From an uncultured Prevotellaceae bacterium (lineage in GTDB: Bacteria > Bacteroidota > Bacteroidia > Bacteroidales > Bacteroidaceae), in contig CATXZX010000001.1 in NCBI GenBank assembly GCA_958404085.1, positions 1 through 32,953 on the forward strand: DNA of 32,953 nucleotides. The letters are read 5' to 3'. Below are positions 9,032 to 19,290 of the stretch, in pieces. Positions within the stretch are counted from its first letter, which is position 1; every line of letters begins with the position of its first letter. Under the pieces are notes generated by a model, which did not search any database, was not told the origin of the DNA, and saw nothing but the letters and a program-made list of their open reading frames with translations. Both the position numbers and the translations under genes were made by a program.

Positions 9032-10261
9032 TTAGATAACTTGTTTAATTCGTTCTATCGCCTCTTGCGTGTTCTCGTGGGTGTTGAACGCTGTCAGGCG
9101 TATATATCCTTCGCCGCACGGGCCGAATCCTACTCCCGGCGTGCTGACGACTCCCGCTTTGTGCAGCAGGTGGTCGAAAAAGGCCCACGATCCGGTCCCT
9201 GCGGGTGTTTGCAGCCAGATGTAGGGTGAGTTTTCGCCGCCGAAGGCCTCCAGTCCCGCCTGCGTCAGGCCTTCGCGGATGACGCGGGCGTTTTCCAGGT
9301 AATAGTCGATGGTCTCCCTTACCTGTTTTTTTCCTTCAGGCGTATAGATGGCCTGGGCGCCGCGTTGTGTGATGTAGGACGTTCCGTTGAACTTGGTGCA
9401 TTGCCGGCGGTTCCATATGGAGTTCAGCCGTACACGGCTTCCGTCGGGCATCTGGGCTGTCACGTTCCGGGGTATCACCACGTAGCCGCAACGTACGCCG
9501 GTGAAGCCGGCTGTCTTCGAGAAACTGCGGAACTCCACGGCACAGCGGTCGGCACCTTCTATTTCGAAGATGGAGTGGGGTATGTCATTTTGGCGGATAA
9601 ATGCCTCGTATGCGGCATCGAACAGGATGAGTGTGTCGTTCTCCAGCGCATAGTCCACCCATTTCTTCAGTTGGGCCCGTGTCAGGGCCGTGCCGGTGGG
9701 GTTGTTGGGCGAACAGAGGTAAATCAGGTCTACGTGCTGACCGGGCAGTTCCGGTACAAAGCGGTTTTCCGCCGTACAAGGCAGGTAGGTCACTTCGCTC
9801 CAGTGACCGTCGGCCAGCAGTTCGCCCGTCCGTCCTCCCATCACGTTGCTGTCTATATACACGGGATAGATGGGGTCGGTCAGGGCGATGCGGTTTTTCC
9901 GGTGCAGGATGTCGCCGAAGTTTCCCGTATCGCTTTTTGCTCCGTCGCTTACAAATACTTCGTCGGCCTCCAGCCGGATGCCCAGCGGGCGGAAATCGTT
10001 TTCTATGATGGTGTCTATCAGAAATCTGTAACCCTGCTCCGGACCGTACCCGTGGAAGGTTTCGGTGCTTCCCAGCTCGTCTACGGCCTTGTGCATGGCC
10101 TGGAGCGAAGCCTGGGGGAGCGGACGGGTCACGTCGCCTATTCCCAGACGGATGAGTGTCCGTTCGGGGTATGCGGCCTGGTATTGCGCAACTTTTCCCG
10201 CAATATCCGAAAAGAGGTAGCTTCCTGGTAATTTCAGGAATTGTTCGTTTATGTGTGCCAT
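9032..10261 (-). CDS. dapL: LL-diaminopimelate aminotransferase
   Basis: SYLFS, LGIGDVT, GYGPEQG, SDGAKSD, PNNPTG, SFSKTAGFTGVRCG (PLP lysine). Confidence 0.96.
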   Translation of the reverse strand: MAHINEQFLKLPGSYLFSDIAGKVAQYQAAYPERTLIRLGIGDVTRPLPQASLQAMHKAVDELGSTETFHGYGPEQGYRFLIDTIIENDFRPLGIRLEADEVFVSDGAKSDTGNFGDILHRKNRIALTDPIYPVYIDSNVMGGRTGELLADGHWSEVTYLPCTAENRFVPELPGQHVDLIYLCSPNNPTGTALTRAQLKKWVDYALENDTLILFDAAYEAFIRQNDIPHSIFEIEGADRCAVEFRSFSKTAGFTGVRCGYVVIPRNVTAQMPDGSRVRLNSIWNRRQCTKFNGTSYITQRGAQAIYTPEGKKQVRETIDYYLENARVIREGLTQAGLEAFGGENSPYIWLQTPAGTGSWAFFDHLLHKAGVVSTPGVGFGPCGEGYIRLTAFNTHENTQEAIERIKQVI

Positions 10262-10276
10262 GTTGTCGCCTCTTTT

Positions 10277-11104
10277 TTAAATTGTGACGGTTCCGTCGAA
10301 TACGATGTTCGCTCCGCCTGTCATCAGAATGTGGCCATCCTCTTTATTCCACTCAACAATAAGTGTGCCACCGTCCATTTCTACAGAAATACGTCGTTCT
10401 GTCAGTTCATTCAGGACAGCTGCCACCGTTGTGGCACACGCGCCGGTGCCGCAGGCCTGCGTGATGCCCGAGCCCCGTTCCCATACGCGCATGCGTACGT
10501 GGTCGGGTGCCAGTACCTGGGCAAACTCTACATTGACTCGGTCGGGGAAGTAGGGGTGTACCTCGAGCAGCGGACCTTCCTGTTCCAGCGCCACACCGCT
10601 TACGTTGTCCGTAAAAATGACGAGGTGCGGATTTCCGACCGAGACAGCCGTACCTTTGTAGTTGCCGAGGCGGGTCCGGACTTCGCCGTTCAGCAGGCTG
10701 CGGCCTTCCACTTCGACCATTGACGGTGCGCCCATGTCTACGGTGACGAGGTCGTTCCTTCCTTCGGCGGTGTGCAGGTGCAGTGTGCGGATACCCGACA
10801 GAGTTTCGAGCGTAATGTTCTGTTTATCGGTCAGCTTGCGCTCGTAGACGTAGCGGCCTATGCAGCGGCAGGCATTGCCGCACATGAGGGCTTCCGAACC
10901 GTCGGCATTGAAGATGCGCATACGGAAGTCCGCTTTTTCCGATGGGCCTATGAGTACCAGTCCGTCGCTTCCGATGCCGGTGTGCGGGCGGCTCCAGCGG
11001 ACGGCCAGTTCCGCCGGATTGTCGAGGGGATACTTGAACGTATCTACGTAAATGTAGTCGTTGCCGATACCTTCCATTTTGGTGAATGCGATGTTGCGTT
11101 CCAT
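10277..11104 (-). CDS. dapF: Diaminopimelate epimerase
   Basis: [37 protein letters not shown] (both catalytic Cys). Confidence 0.96.
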   Translation of the reverse strand: MERNIAFTKMEGIGNDYIYVDTFKYPLDNPAELAVRWSRPHTGIGSDGLVLIGPSEKADFRMRIFNADGSEALMCGNACRCIGRYVYERKLTDKQNITLETLSGIRTLHLHTAEGRNDLVTVDMGAPSMVEVEGRSLLNGEVRTRLGNYKGTAVSVGNPHLVIFTDNVSGVALEQEGPLLEVHPYFPDRVNVEFAQVLAPDHVRMRVWERGSGITQACGTGACATTVAAVLNELTERRISVEMDGGTLIVEWNKEDGHILMTGGANIVFDGTVTI

Positions 11105-11165
11105 TGTAGTCTGATTGTTGTTTTTGTATCCGGTAGGATGGTTTTTATCTTGTTTCGGGAGACCC

Positions 11166-11231
11166 TTGCCGAAAATACCTGCGGGGTTTTTCGAAAAAGC
11201 TCCGTGCTGTTTTCAAAAAAGTCCCTGCCCG
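11166..11231. repeat. Degenerate 22-bp tandem repeat (3 units)
   Basis: TTGCCGAAAATACCTGCGGGGT / TTTTCGAAAAAGCTCCGTGCTG / TTTTCAAAAAAGTCCCTGCCCG; central C at 11170, 11192, 11214. Confidence 0.55.
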
Positions 11232-11264
11232 GTTTGGTCGGCATAGCCCGGTTTCTGGCGGCTG

Positions 11265-12935
11265 TCAGTCGGCGTAGGCCTGTTCGTGTACGCCGCTTAC
11301 GGCACGTCCGCTCGGGTCGTTCAGTCCCTCGAAGGCTTTGTCCCAGGCTAGGGCTTCGGCGCTACTGCATGCTACGCTGGGTACACTGGGTACGCTGCGG
11401 GCTGCGCTGGCGCTGGGAAAGTGTTCTTCGAATATGGACCGGTAGTAGTATTCTTCTTTGTTCATCGGCGGATTCACCGGGAAACGTTCGGCTGCGTGGG
11501 CCATCTGTTCGTCGCTGACGGCTTCGGCCGTCAGTTGTTTCAGCGAGTCAATCCAGCTGTAACCCACGCCGTCGCTGAACTGTTCCTTCTGACGCCATAC
11601 GACGGCCTCGGGCAGCATGTCGCTGAAGGCTTGCCGTACGATTTCTTTCTCTATTTTCTTGCCCGGACAGAGCTTGGCGTCCGGATTCAGGCGCATGGCT
11701 ACGTCCAGAAACTCCTTGTCGAGGAAGGGTACACGCCCCTCGATACCCCATGCTGCCAGCGATTTGTTGGCCCGCAGGCAGTCGTAGAGGTGGAGCTTGC
11801 CCAGTTTGCGTACCGTCTCTTCGTGGAAGGCACGTGCGTCGGGGGCTTTGTGGAAGTACAGGTAACCGCCGAAGATTTCGTCGGCCCCTTCGCCGCTTAG
11901 CACCATCTTGATGCCCATGCTGCGTATGACGCGGGCCAGCAGGTACATGGGGGTCGATGCGCGTACGGTGGTCACGTCGTAAGTCTCGATGTAGTAAATG
12001 ACGTCGCGTATGGCGTCGAGTCCCTCCTGTACGGTGTAGTTTATCTCATGGTGTACGGTGCCTATGAAGTCGGCCACCTGGCGTGCTTTGTCCAGGTCGG
12101 GGGCGCCCTTCAGTCCTACGGCGAACGAGTGGAGCTGGGGCCACCATGCCTCCTGCGTTCCGTCGGTCTCGATGCGGCGGGCCGAATATTTGCGGGCTAT
12201 GGCCGATATGACCGAACTGTCGAGCCCGCCCGAAAGCAGTACACCGTAGGGCACGTCGCTCATCAGCTGGCGGCGTACGGATGCCTCGAGGGCATCGCGC
12301 AGTGTGGCGGCCGATGCGTCGTTGTGGCATACGGTATCGTAGTCCGTCCAGTCGCGGGTGTACCAGCGGTGTTGGCGTCCCTCTTTGCTGTGGTAGTAGT
12401 GTCCGGGCAGAAACGGCTCGTATTCATCGCAGAATCCCTCGAGCGCTTTCAGCTCGCTGGCGCAGTATACGTGTCCGTCCTTGTCGCGGCCTATATATAA
12501 AGGTATAACGCCTATCGGGTCGCGGGCTATGAGGTATTCGTCTTTCTCCTCGTCGTAAAGGGCAAAGGCGAAAATGCCGTTCAGGTCTTCCAGAAAATTG
12601 ATGCCTTTGTCGTGGTAGAGTGCCAGTATCACTTCGCAGTCCGAACCGGTCTGGAATGTGTAGCGGCCGGCATAGCGGGCACGTATTTCGCGGTGGTTAT
12701 AGATTTCGCCGTTGACGGCCAGCACCTGTTTGCGGTCGGGCGAGTAAAGCGGTTGGCGGCCGGAAGTAGGGTCTACAATCGAGAGGCGCTCGTGGGCCAG
12801 CACGGCGTGTTTTCCCGTATAGATGCCCGACCAGTCTGGACCGCGGTGACGGATGCGGGCTGCCATTGACAGCGCTTTGGCGCGCAGGGAACTGCTTTGT
12901 TGCTTGATATTGAAAATTCCAACGATTCCACACAT
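11265..12935 (-). CDS. asnB: Asparagine synthetase B (glutamine-hydrolysing)
   Basis: N-terminal MCGI, RHRGPD, NGEIYNH, LLSGGLDSS, SGEGADE, WRQKEQFSDGVG. Confidence 0.97.
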   Translation of the reverse strand: MCGIVGIFNIKQQSSSLRAKALSMAARIRHRGPDWSGIYTGKHAVLAHERLSIVDPTSGRQPLYSPDRKQVLAVNGEIYNHREIRARYAGRYTFQTGSDCEVILALYHDKGINFLEDLNGIFAFALYDEEKDEYLIARDPIGVIPLYIGRDKDGHVYCASELKALEGFCDEYEPFLPGHYYHSKEGRQHRWYTRDWTDYDTVCHNDASAATLRDALEASVRRQLMSDVPYGVLLSGGLDSSVISAIARKYSARRIETDGTQEAWWPQLHSFAVGLKGAPDLDKARQVADFIGTVHHEINYTVQEGLDAIRDVIYYIETYDVTTVRASTPMYLLARVIRSMGIKMVLSGEGADEIFGGYLYFHKAPDARAFHEETVRKLGKLHLYDCLRANKSLAAWGIEGRVPFLDKEFLDVAMRLNPDAKLCPGKKIEKEIVRQAFSDMLPEAVVWRQKEQFSDGVGYSWIDSLKQLTAEAVSDEQMAHAAERFPVNPPMNKEEYYYRSIFEEHFPSASAARSVPSVPSVACSSAEALAWDKAFEGLNDPSGRAVSGVHEQAYAD

Positions 12936-12937
12936 AG

Positions 12938-14293
12938 TTATCTATCAGTTTTTAGTGTTTTACAATAAGTGTCTATCCGGGCGGCCGTCTGGCGTCCCGA
13001 AGCCATGGCCCGCACCACGAGCGATGCGCCCGACTGGGCGTCTCCGGCTACGAACATCCCGGCTTTCGTCTGTATGGGGTCGGGCTTCAGGAAACCCATG
13101 CCCAGCAGGACCAGGTCGGCTTCGATGGTTTCTTTGCGGCCGCTCATGTGCATCAGCGGTCTGCCGCCGTCCGGAGCGGGTGTCCATTCTACCTCTTCTA
13201 CCTCGACTCCCGTTACGTGTCCGTCGGTTCCGGTAAACAGGTTGGTGGCCAGGTTCCAGCGGCGGGTACATCCTTCCTCGTGCGACGACGTGGTTTTCAG
13301 CACCAGGGGCCATGCCGGCCAGGGGGTGTCGGGGTTGTGGCCAACGGGGGGCTTCGGCATGATTTCGATCTGGGTGATGTGTGTCGCGCCCTGGCGGACG
13401 GATGTCCCGATGCAGTCCGAACCGGTGTCTCCTCCGCCTATTACGAGTACTTTTTTCCCCGCGGCGCTGATGCGTTCGGCTTCGGGGATGTGACGGCCTT
13501 CGAGTATGCGGTTCTGTTGCGACAGAAATTCCAGTGCGAAGTGTATGCCTTTGAGTTCGCGGCCCGGTACGGTCAAGTCGCGCGGTGTTTCGGCTCCCGT
13601 ACACAGACACCATGCGTCGAATCCCTCGGGCAGGTGTTCGGGGTCTACCTCGGTATTCATCCGGAAACGTATTCCTTCTTCCTGCATGAGTGCGGTGCGG
13701 CGGTCGATGATGCGTTTTTCGAGCTTGAAATTGGGAATGCCGAAACGAAGCAGTCCGCCGGGGGCTTCGTGGCGGTCGAAGAGTGTGACCTCGTAACCCA
13801 TGCGGTTCAGCCGGTTGGCTACCGTCAGACCGGCCGGACCGCTGCCGACGACGCCTATCCGCATGCCGTTTCGTACGATCGGTGCCGGCGTGATGTATTT
13901 TTCGCGCCATGCGGCTTCGATGATGGCTACCTCGTTTTCGCGGATGGTCACGGGTTCGTCGCACGACAGCTTCAGCGCGCAACTCTTTTCGCACAGAGCC
14001 GGACAAATGCGCCCGGTAAATTCCGGGAAGTCAGAGGTGGAGGCCAGTATCTCGTAGGCTTCGCGCCATTTGCTCCGGCTCAGGGCGTCCTGCCATTCGG
14101 GTTGCCGGTTACCGAGCGGGCAGGCCCAGTGACAGAACGGGACGCCGCAATCCATGCAGCGCGACGCTTGTAAAAGGCGGTCGTGCGTGTTCAGTGTCTG
14201 TTCTACCGGGCTGAAGTCGGCTATCCGTTCGGCAACGGGACGATAGCCGGCTTCAACGCGGCGTATGCTAAGAAAAGTTTTAGGATTTCCCAT
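12938..14293 (-). CDS. gltD: Glutamate synthase small subunit
   Basis: RCMDCGVPFC, GRICPALCE Fe-S motifs; GSGPAG; GGGDTGSDC; adjacent to gltB. Confidence 0.96.
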   Translation of the reverse strand: MGNPKTFLSIRRVEAGYRPVAERIADFSPVEQTLNTHDRLLQASRCMDCGVPFCHWACPLGNRQPEWQDALSRSKWREAYEILASTSDFPEFTGRICPALCEKSCALKLSCDEPVTIRENEVAIIEAAWREKYITPAPIVRNGMRIGVVGSGPAGLTVANRLNRMGYEVTLFDRHEAPGGLLRFGIPNFKLEKRIIDRRTALMQEEGIRFRMNTEVDPEHLPEGFDAWCLCTGAETPRDLTVPGRELKGIHFALEFLSQQNRILEGRHIPEAERISAAGKKVLVIGGGDTGSDCIGTSVRQGATHITQIEIMPKPPVGHNPDTPWPAWPLVLKTTSSHEEGCTRRWNLATNLFTGTDGHVTGVEVEEVEWTPAPDGGRPLMHMSGRKETIEADLVLLGMGFLKPDPIQTKAGMFVAGDAQSGASLVVRAMASGRQTAARIDTYCKTLKTDR

Positions 14294-14311
14294 ACTCTTT
14301 GTATTATTCGG

Positions 14312-17300
14312 TCAGTATTTTTTTTGCATGTCGGCTATTTTCTGTTGCAGCCGGCGCATCTGTTCTTCCTGCATCACGCGTTTGTATTCAATGGGTACGA
14401 CCTGTATGAATTCGTCGGCGCGGCGTTCCCATTCGTCTAATAACGTGCGGGCCAGGTTGCTGCTTGTATATAAATAATGTTGGCGGATGAGTTCGTGCAA
14501 CTCCTTGCGGCTTGCCGGATCTTCTACGAGCGAAAGTTCGACGGTGTCCATGTTGCAGAAATAATCGAAGTCTCCCCGGGGATTCCATACGTAGGCAATA
14601 CCTCCGCTCATGCCCGCAGCAAAATTTCGCCCGGTTTCGCCCAGTACTACAACGCGTCCTCCGGTCATGTATTCGCAGCAGTGGTCGCCCACGCCTTCGA
14701 CTACGGCCGTCGCTCCTGAGTTGCGTACGGCAAAACGTTCGCCGGCGCGTCCGTTAATGTACGTCTCGCCGCTTGTCGCTCCGTAGAGAAGCGTGTTTCC
14801 GGCCAATGTGTTCTTTTCGGCATCGAAGTGGCTGTGTACCGGGGGCCTTACGCTGATGCGTCCTCCGCAGAGTCCTTTTCCCAAATAGTCGTTGGCCTCG
14901 CCTTCGAGGCGGAAGTGTACGCCCGCCACAAGGAAGGCGCCGAAACTTTGTCCTGCCGAACCTTTGAACCGAACCTCCAGCGTGTGTTGCGGAAGGCCCT
15001 TGCTGCCCCACAGCCGCGCAATTTTTCCCGACAACTTGCAGCCGACGGAGCGGTCCGTGTTTTTGATGGTATATTCGAGCGAGGTTTCTTTCAGCTCTTC
15101 GATAGCTTTTTTCGCCTGACGGATAATCTCGTCGTCTTTTCCGGGCTCGATGGTATGGTTTTGTGCCGAGGTACGGTGTAGGGGGACTTCGCCGGTTCCG
15201 TCTGTCGTGGCAAGCAGGCGGCCGAAGTCGAGCGTCGCGTCCTTCCGGTTGTCGTATTTGCGGACATCGGTTACGATTAAATCCGTACGACCTATGATGT
15301 CGTCCAGTTTCCGGAAGCCCATTTCGGCCAGGTATTCCCTGACTTCCTGTGCCAGGAAGGTGAAGAAATTGACTACGTATTCACTGCGTCCCGTAAAGCG
15401 GCGGCGTAATTCCTCGTTCTGTGTCGCTACGCCGACGGGACACGTATTGACGTGGCACTTACGCATCAGGATGCAACCCAATACGACCAATGCCGCTGTT
15501 GCGAAACCGAACTCTTCGGCGCCGAGTAGGGCCATGAGAATGACGTCGCGGCCTGTCTTCAACTGTCCGTCGGCCTGCAACGTCACCTGGCCGCGCAGTC
15601 CGTTCAGAACAAGTGTCTGCTGTGTCTCGCTCAGGCCCAGTTCCGGTGAAACACCGGCGTAGCGGATGGAAGAAGCAGGTGAGGCACCCGTTCCTCCCTC
15701 GGCTCCCGATATGACGATCAGGTCGGCTTTAGCCTTGGCCACACCAGCCGCAATGGTTCCCACACCGCTTTCGGCTACCAGCTTGACGCTGATTTTTGCC
15801 TGGGGGTTGACGTTCCGTAAATCGAAAATCAGTTGTGCAAGGTCTTCTATGGAGTAAATGTCGTGATGGGGCGGGGGAGAGATGAGCGTAATACCCGGAA
15901 TGGCATGCCGCGTGCGGGCGATGACCTCGTCTACCTTATATCCGGGCAACTGGCCGCCTTCGCCGGGCTTGGCCCCCTGAGCTATTTTGATTTGCAATTC
16001 ATCGGCGTTGACAAGATACTCCGTCGTTACGCCGAAGCGCCCCGATGCCACTTGCTTGGTGGCGCTCCGTAGCGACTGTCCGTCGGGCTGGGGCCGGAAT
16101 CGGGCCGGGTCTTCGCCGCCTTCGCCCGTATTGCTGCGACCGTGGATGCGGTTCATGGCGATGGCCAGGGCCTCGTGAGCCTCTTTGCTGATGGCTCCGA
16201 AACTCATGGCGCCTGTTACGAAACGCGGGAGTATGGCTTCGACGGGCTCCACCTCATCCAGCGGGATGGGATTGCGCTTGAAGTCGAAAAAGTCGCGCAG
16301 GAAAATGGGATTCTCCTTGCAGTCGGCAAAACGGGTGAACTCCTTGAATTTCTTATAACTGCCCAGTCGGGTAGCAAGTTGCAGGCAGCGTATCGTGTCG
16401 GGGTTCCAGGCATGCTGTTCGCCGTCCTTGCGGTACGAATACAGCCCTTTGTGTTCAAGCAGGGGCTGGTCCTGGATGTCGAAACCGTGGCGGTGCAGTG
16501 TCAGTACGTCGTGGGTCAGTTCGTCCAGGCCGATGCCGTTTACTTTCGAGTCGATGCCGCCGAAGTACATGTCGCACAGCGTACGGCTGAGGCCGATGGC
16601 TTCGAACAGCTTGGCTCCGCGGTACGAACGTATGGTACTGATGCCCATCTTGCTCAGAATCTTGAGCAGTCCCTTGCACACGGCGTGGATATAGTTCTGC
16701 TCGGCTGTGGAGTAGTCGAGCTGCAATTCTTTTTTCTCTACCAGGTCGTCCAGTACGGCAAAGGCCATGTAGGGATTGATGGCGCTGGCACCGAATCCGA
16801 GCAGCAGCGCCGCGTGCATGACTTCGCGCGGTTCGCCGCTCTCTACGATGAGCGCCGTCTGAACGCGTTTCCCTACCCTGATGAGGTGGTGATGGACGGC
16901 CGATACGGCCAGCAGTGCAGGTATGGCCGCATGTTCCCGGTCGACGTCGCGGTCGCTCAGGATGATGTAGTTGACCCCGCTGTCTACGGCCTGCGCCGCC
17001 TGTTCGCATACGTGGCCTATGGCTTCGCTCATGCCGGCGCTGCCGCGTGCGGCCTCGAAGACGATGGGCAGTTTGACCGTTTTGAAACCTTTATACCGGA
17101 TGTTGCACAAAAGGTCCAGCTGGCTGTTTGTCAGGACCGGCTGGTTGAGGCGTACCATCTTGCAGTGGCCTTCGTCCGGTTGCAGGATGTTCTGGCCCAC
17201 GGCGCCGATGTATTCCGTCAGCGACATGACAAGTTCTTCGCGAATGGGGTCGATGGGCGGATTCGTGACCTGGGCAAATTGTTGGCGGAAGTAGTTGAAT

Positions 17301-18862
17301 ACAGACTGGGGCAGGCGCGAGAGGACGGGTAGCGGCGTGTCGTTGCCCATGGAGTAGACCGGCTCGCTGCCGTTGTTGCCCATCGGACGGATGATGCGTT
17401 CGATGTCTTCGCGCGAGTACCCGAATGTACGGAGCGAACGGTCGTAGGCGGTTACCTTCTGAGAAACCTTGCGGCCGGAGTGCAGCGTGTCCAGTTCGAT
17501 GCGGTTTTCCGACAACCAGCGGCGGTACGGAAATGCCGATGCCAGTTGCTCTTTCAGTTCGCCGTCGTAATAGATGCGGCCGCACTCGGTGTCTACCATG
17601 AGTATTTTGCCCGGCTGGAGGCTGCCTTTCTCCCGGACCGTAGCCGTGGCAACGTCCATGACACCGGCTTCCGAGGCTACAATCATCATGCCGTCGTCGG
17701 TGATGAGGTAGCGGGCCGGGCGCAGGCCGTTGCGGTCGAGCATGCCGCCGGCATAGCGTCCGTCGCTGAACAGAAGCGTGGCCGGTCCGTCCCACGGTTC
17801 CATGAGGATGGAGTGATATTCGTAGAAGGCTTTCAGGTCTTCGCTGATGGGATTTTTTTCATTGAAAGATTCGGGAACGAGCATCGCCATGGCATGGGGT
17901 AGCGACATGCCCGTGGCGAGCAGGAACTCCAGTACGTTGTCGAGCGAAGCGCTGTCGCTCATGCCCGGTTGTACGATGTGTCCCAGACTGCTGACGGGTC
18001 CGAGGTCCGGAGTGGACAGTACGCTTTCGCGCGCCTCCATCCACGAACGGTTTCCGCGTATCGTGTTGATTTCGCCGTTGTGGGCCAGCAGCCTGAAGGG
18101 CTGGGCCAGCTTCCACGAGGGGAAGGTGTTGGTACTGAAGCGCGAATGGACCAGTGCCAGGCCACTCGTAAAATACGGATTGGACAGGTCGGGATAGTAC
18201 TGGCGCAGTTGCATGGACGAGAGCATGCCCTTGTAGACGATGCTACGTGTCGACAGAGATACAATGTAGAAAGCCGTCTTGCCCGCTATGTCCGACTCGG
18301 TCACCCGGCGTTCCATGCGTTTACGCACCAGGTAGAGCTGGCGTTCGGCCTGTTTGCCCAGACCGGTAACAAAGAGCTGGCATACGGCCGGTTCGGCGGC
18401 GCGGGCCGTCTCGCTCAGCACCTCGGGACAGGTGGGCACCTTGCGTACGTGCATCAGGGTGAGCCCCTCGCGTTCCAATTCTTCGCGTACGATGCGCAGC
18501 AGCCCTTCTTGTTCCTGGCCGTCGTGCGGCAGGAATACCATGCCCGTGCCGTAAGTTCCCTTTTCGGGTACGGGGATGCCCTGCAACAGGATGAACTCGT
18601 GCGGAATCTGTACCAGTATGCCGGCTCCGTCGCCCGTCTTGTTGTCGCTGCCTTCGGCACCGCGGTGGCGGAGGTTCTCCAGTACGCAAAGCGCGTTGTG
18701 AACGAGTTCATGGGATTTGTTTCCCTGAATGTTGACTACCATGCCTACGCCGCAGGCATCGTGTTCGTACTGCGGATCGTACAGGCCGGATGCCGGAACT
18801 GCCTGTCGTGCTGAGGTCGGGAGGGCCGTTTTTACTTTTGAACCGATATCTGAATGAGACAT
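14312..18862 (-). CDS. gltB: Glutamate synthase large subunit
   Basis: EHDACGVG (catalytic Cys), HSRFSTNT, EPWDGPA, QGAKPGEGGQLPG, CHVNTCPVG, GDHCCEYMTGG; start set at ATG 18862 because the ORF-track TTG overlaps the -7 element. Confidence 0.96.
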   Translation of the reverse strand: MSHSDIGSKVKTALPTSARQAVPASGLYDPQYEHDACGVGMVVNIQGNKSHELVHNALCVLENLRHRGAEGSDNKTGDGAGILVQIPHEFILLQGIPVPEKGTYGTGMVFLPHDGQEQEGLLRIVREELEREGLTLMHVRKVPTCPEVLSETARAAEPAVCQLFVTGLGKQAERQLYLVRKRMERRVTESDIAGKTAFYIVSLSTRSIVYKGMLSSMQLRQYYPDLSNPYFTSGLALVHSRFSTNTFPSWKLAQPFRLLAHNGEINTIRGNRSWMEARESVLSTPDLGPVSSLGHIVQPGMSDSASLDNVLEFLLATGMSLPHAMAMLVPESFNEKNPISEDLKAFYEYHSILMEPWDGPATLLFSDGRYAGGMLDRNGLRPARYLITDDGMMIVASEAGVMDVATATVREKGSLQPGKILMVDTECGRIYYDGELKEQLASAFPYRRWLSENRIELDTLHSGRKVSQKVTAYDRSLRTFGYSREDIERIIRPMGNNGSEPVYSMGNDTPLPVLSRLPQSVFNYFRQQFAQVTNPPIDPIREELVMSLTEYIGAVGQNILQPDEGHCKMVRLNQPVLTNSQLDLLCNIRYKGFKTVKLPIVFEAARGSAGMSEAIGHVCEQAAQAVDSGVNYIILSDRDVDREHAAIPALLAVSAVHHHLIRVGKRVQTALIVESGEPREVMHAALLLGFGASAINPYMAFAVLDDLVEKKELQLDYSTAEQNYIHAVCKGLLKILSKMGISTIRSYRGAKLFEAIGLSRTLCDMYFGGIDSKVNGIGLDELTHDVLTLHRHGFDIQDQPLLEHKGLYSYRKDGEQHAWNPDTIRCLQLATRLGSYKKFKEFTRFADCKENPIFLRDFFDFKRNPIPLDEVEPVEAILPRFVTGAMSFGAISKEAHEALAIAMNRIHGRSNTGEGGEDPARFRPQPDGQSLRSATKQVASGRFGVTTEYLVNADELQIKIAQGAKPGEGGQLPGYKVDEVIARTRHAIPGITLISPPPHHDIYSIEDLAQLIFDLRNVNPQAKISVKLVAESGVGTIAAGVAKAKADLIVISGAEGGTGASPASSIRYAGVSPELGLSETQQTLVLNGLRGQVTLQADGQLKTGRDVILMALLGAEEFGFATAALVVLGCILMRKCHVNTCPVGVATQNEELRRRFTGRSEYVVNFFTFLAQEVREYLAEMGFRKLDDIIGRTDLIVTDVRKYDNRKDATLDFGRLLATTDGTGEVPLHRTSAQNHTIEPGKDDEIIRQAKKAIEELKETSLEYTIKNTDRSVGCKLSGKIARLWGSKGLPQHTLEVRFKGSAGQSFGAFLVAGVHFRLEGEANDYLGKGLCGGRISVRPPVHSHFDAEKNTLAGNTLLYGATSGETYINGRAGERFAVRNSGATAVVEGVGDHCCEYMTGGRVVVLGETGRNFAAGMSGGIAYVWNPRGDFDYFCNMDTVELSLVEDPASRKELHELIRQHYLYTSSNLARTLLDEWERRADEFIQVVPIEYKRVMQEEQMRRLQQKIADMQKKY

Positions 18863-18913
18863 AACTTCGTGTTTTAAAATTTTTCCTTCTACGGCTTGTG
18901 TTATATTCTGCTG

Positions 18914-18945
18914 CAAATGTATGCGTAATTATGGAATATTGCAAG
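18914..18945 (-). promoter_or_regulatory. Promoter of the gltB-glnA operon
   Basis: Minus strand CTTG (18945-18942), 20-nt spacer, TACATTTG (18921-18914). Confidence 0.65.
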
Positions 18946-19100
18946 GAATACGGGTGGAAAAATATCATTTTGTCTAATAAATTGGCTATTTTCTTACAAA
19001 AAGATAGATTTATAGCCGTTTTGTGACGGTCAACGAGGCTTGTGGCGTGTCCGCGGAGGCGCGGCGGACGAGGAAGGCGGGCGCACCGTACGACCGGGCG

Positions 19101-19168
19101 TCTTTTGCGGAATACGGCGGGCCCGGTTTTTCGAAATAGCAGGCCCGCCGTTGAAAATGCGGGCCTGC
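19101..19168. repeat. GC-rich intergenic repeat/palindrome
   Basis: TTTTGCGGAATA / TTTTTCGAAATA / GTTGAAAATG units; perfect 10-bp stem GCAGGCCCGC (19139-19148) / GCGGGCCTGC (19159-19168). Confidence 0.5.
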
Positions 19169-19261
19169 CGGTTGCTGCCGGAAGGTTCTGCGAGGGACAG
19201 GCGGAGCGGGTGCGGGCACAGTTTTTACGGACTCCGTCTCACGCAGACCCGTAGAAAAACG

Positions 19262-19269
19262 TATCTTTG
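19262..19269 (+). promoter_or_regulatory. -7 element of the MATE operon promoter
   Basis: TATCTTTG 21 nt before ATG 19291. Confidence 0.6.
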
Positions 19270-19290
19270 CACCCGAAAACAAGATTCTTT

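Noticed and set aside
11166..11231. CRISPR array interpretation of the periodic repeats
   Set aside because: Period of 22 bp is too short, units are degenerate and there are no cas genes
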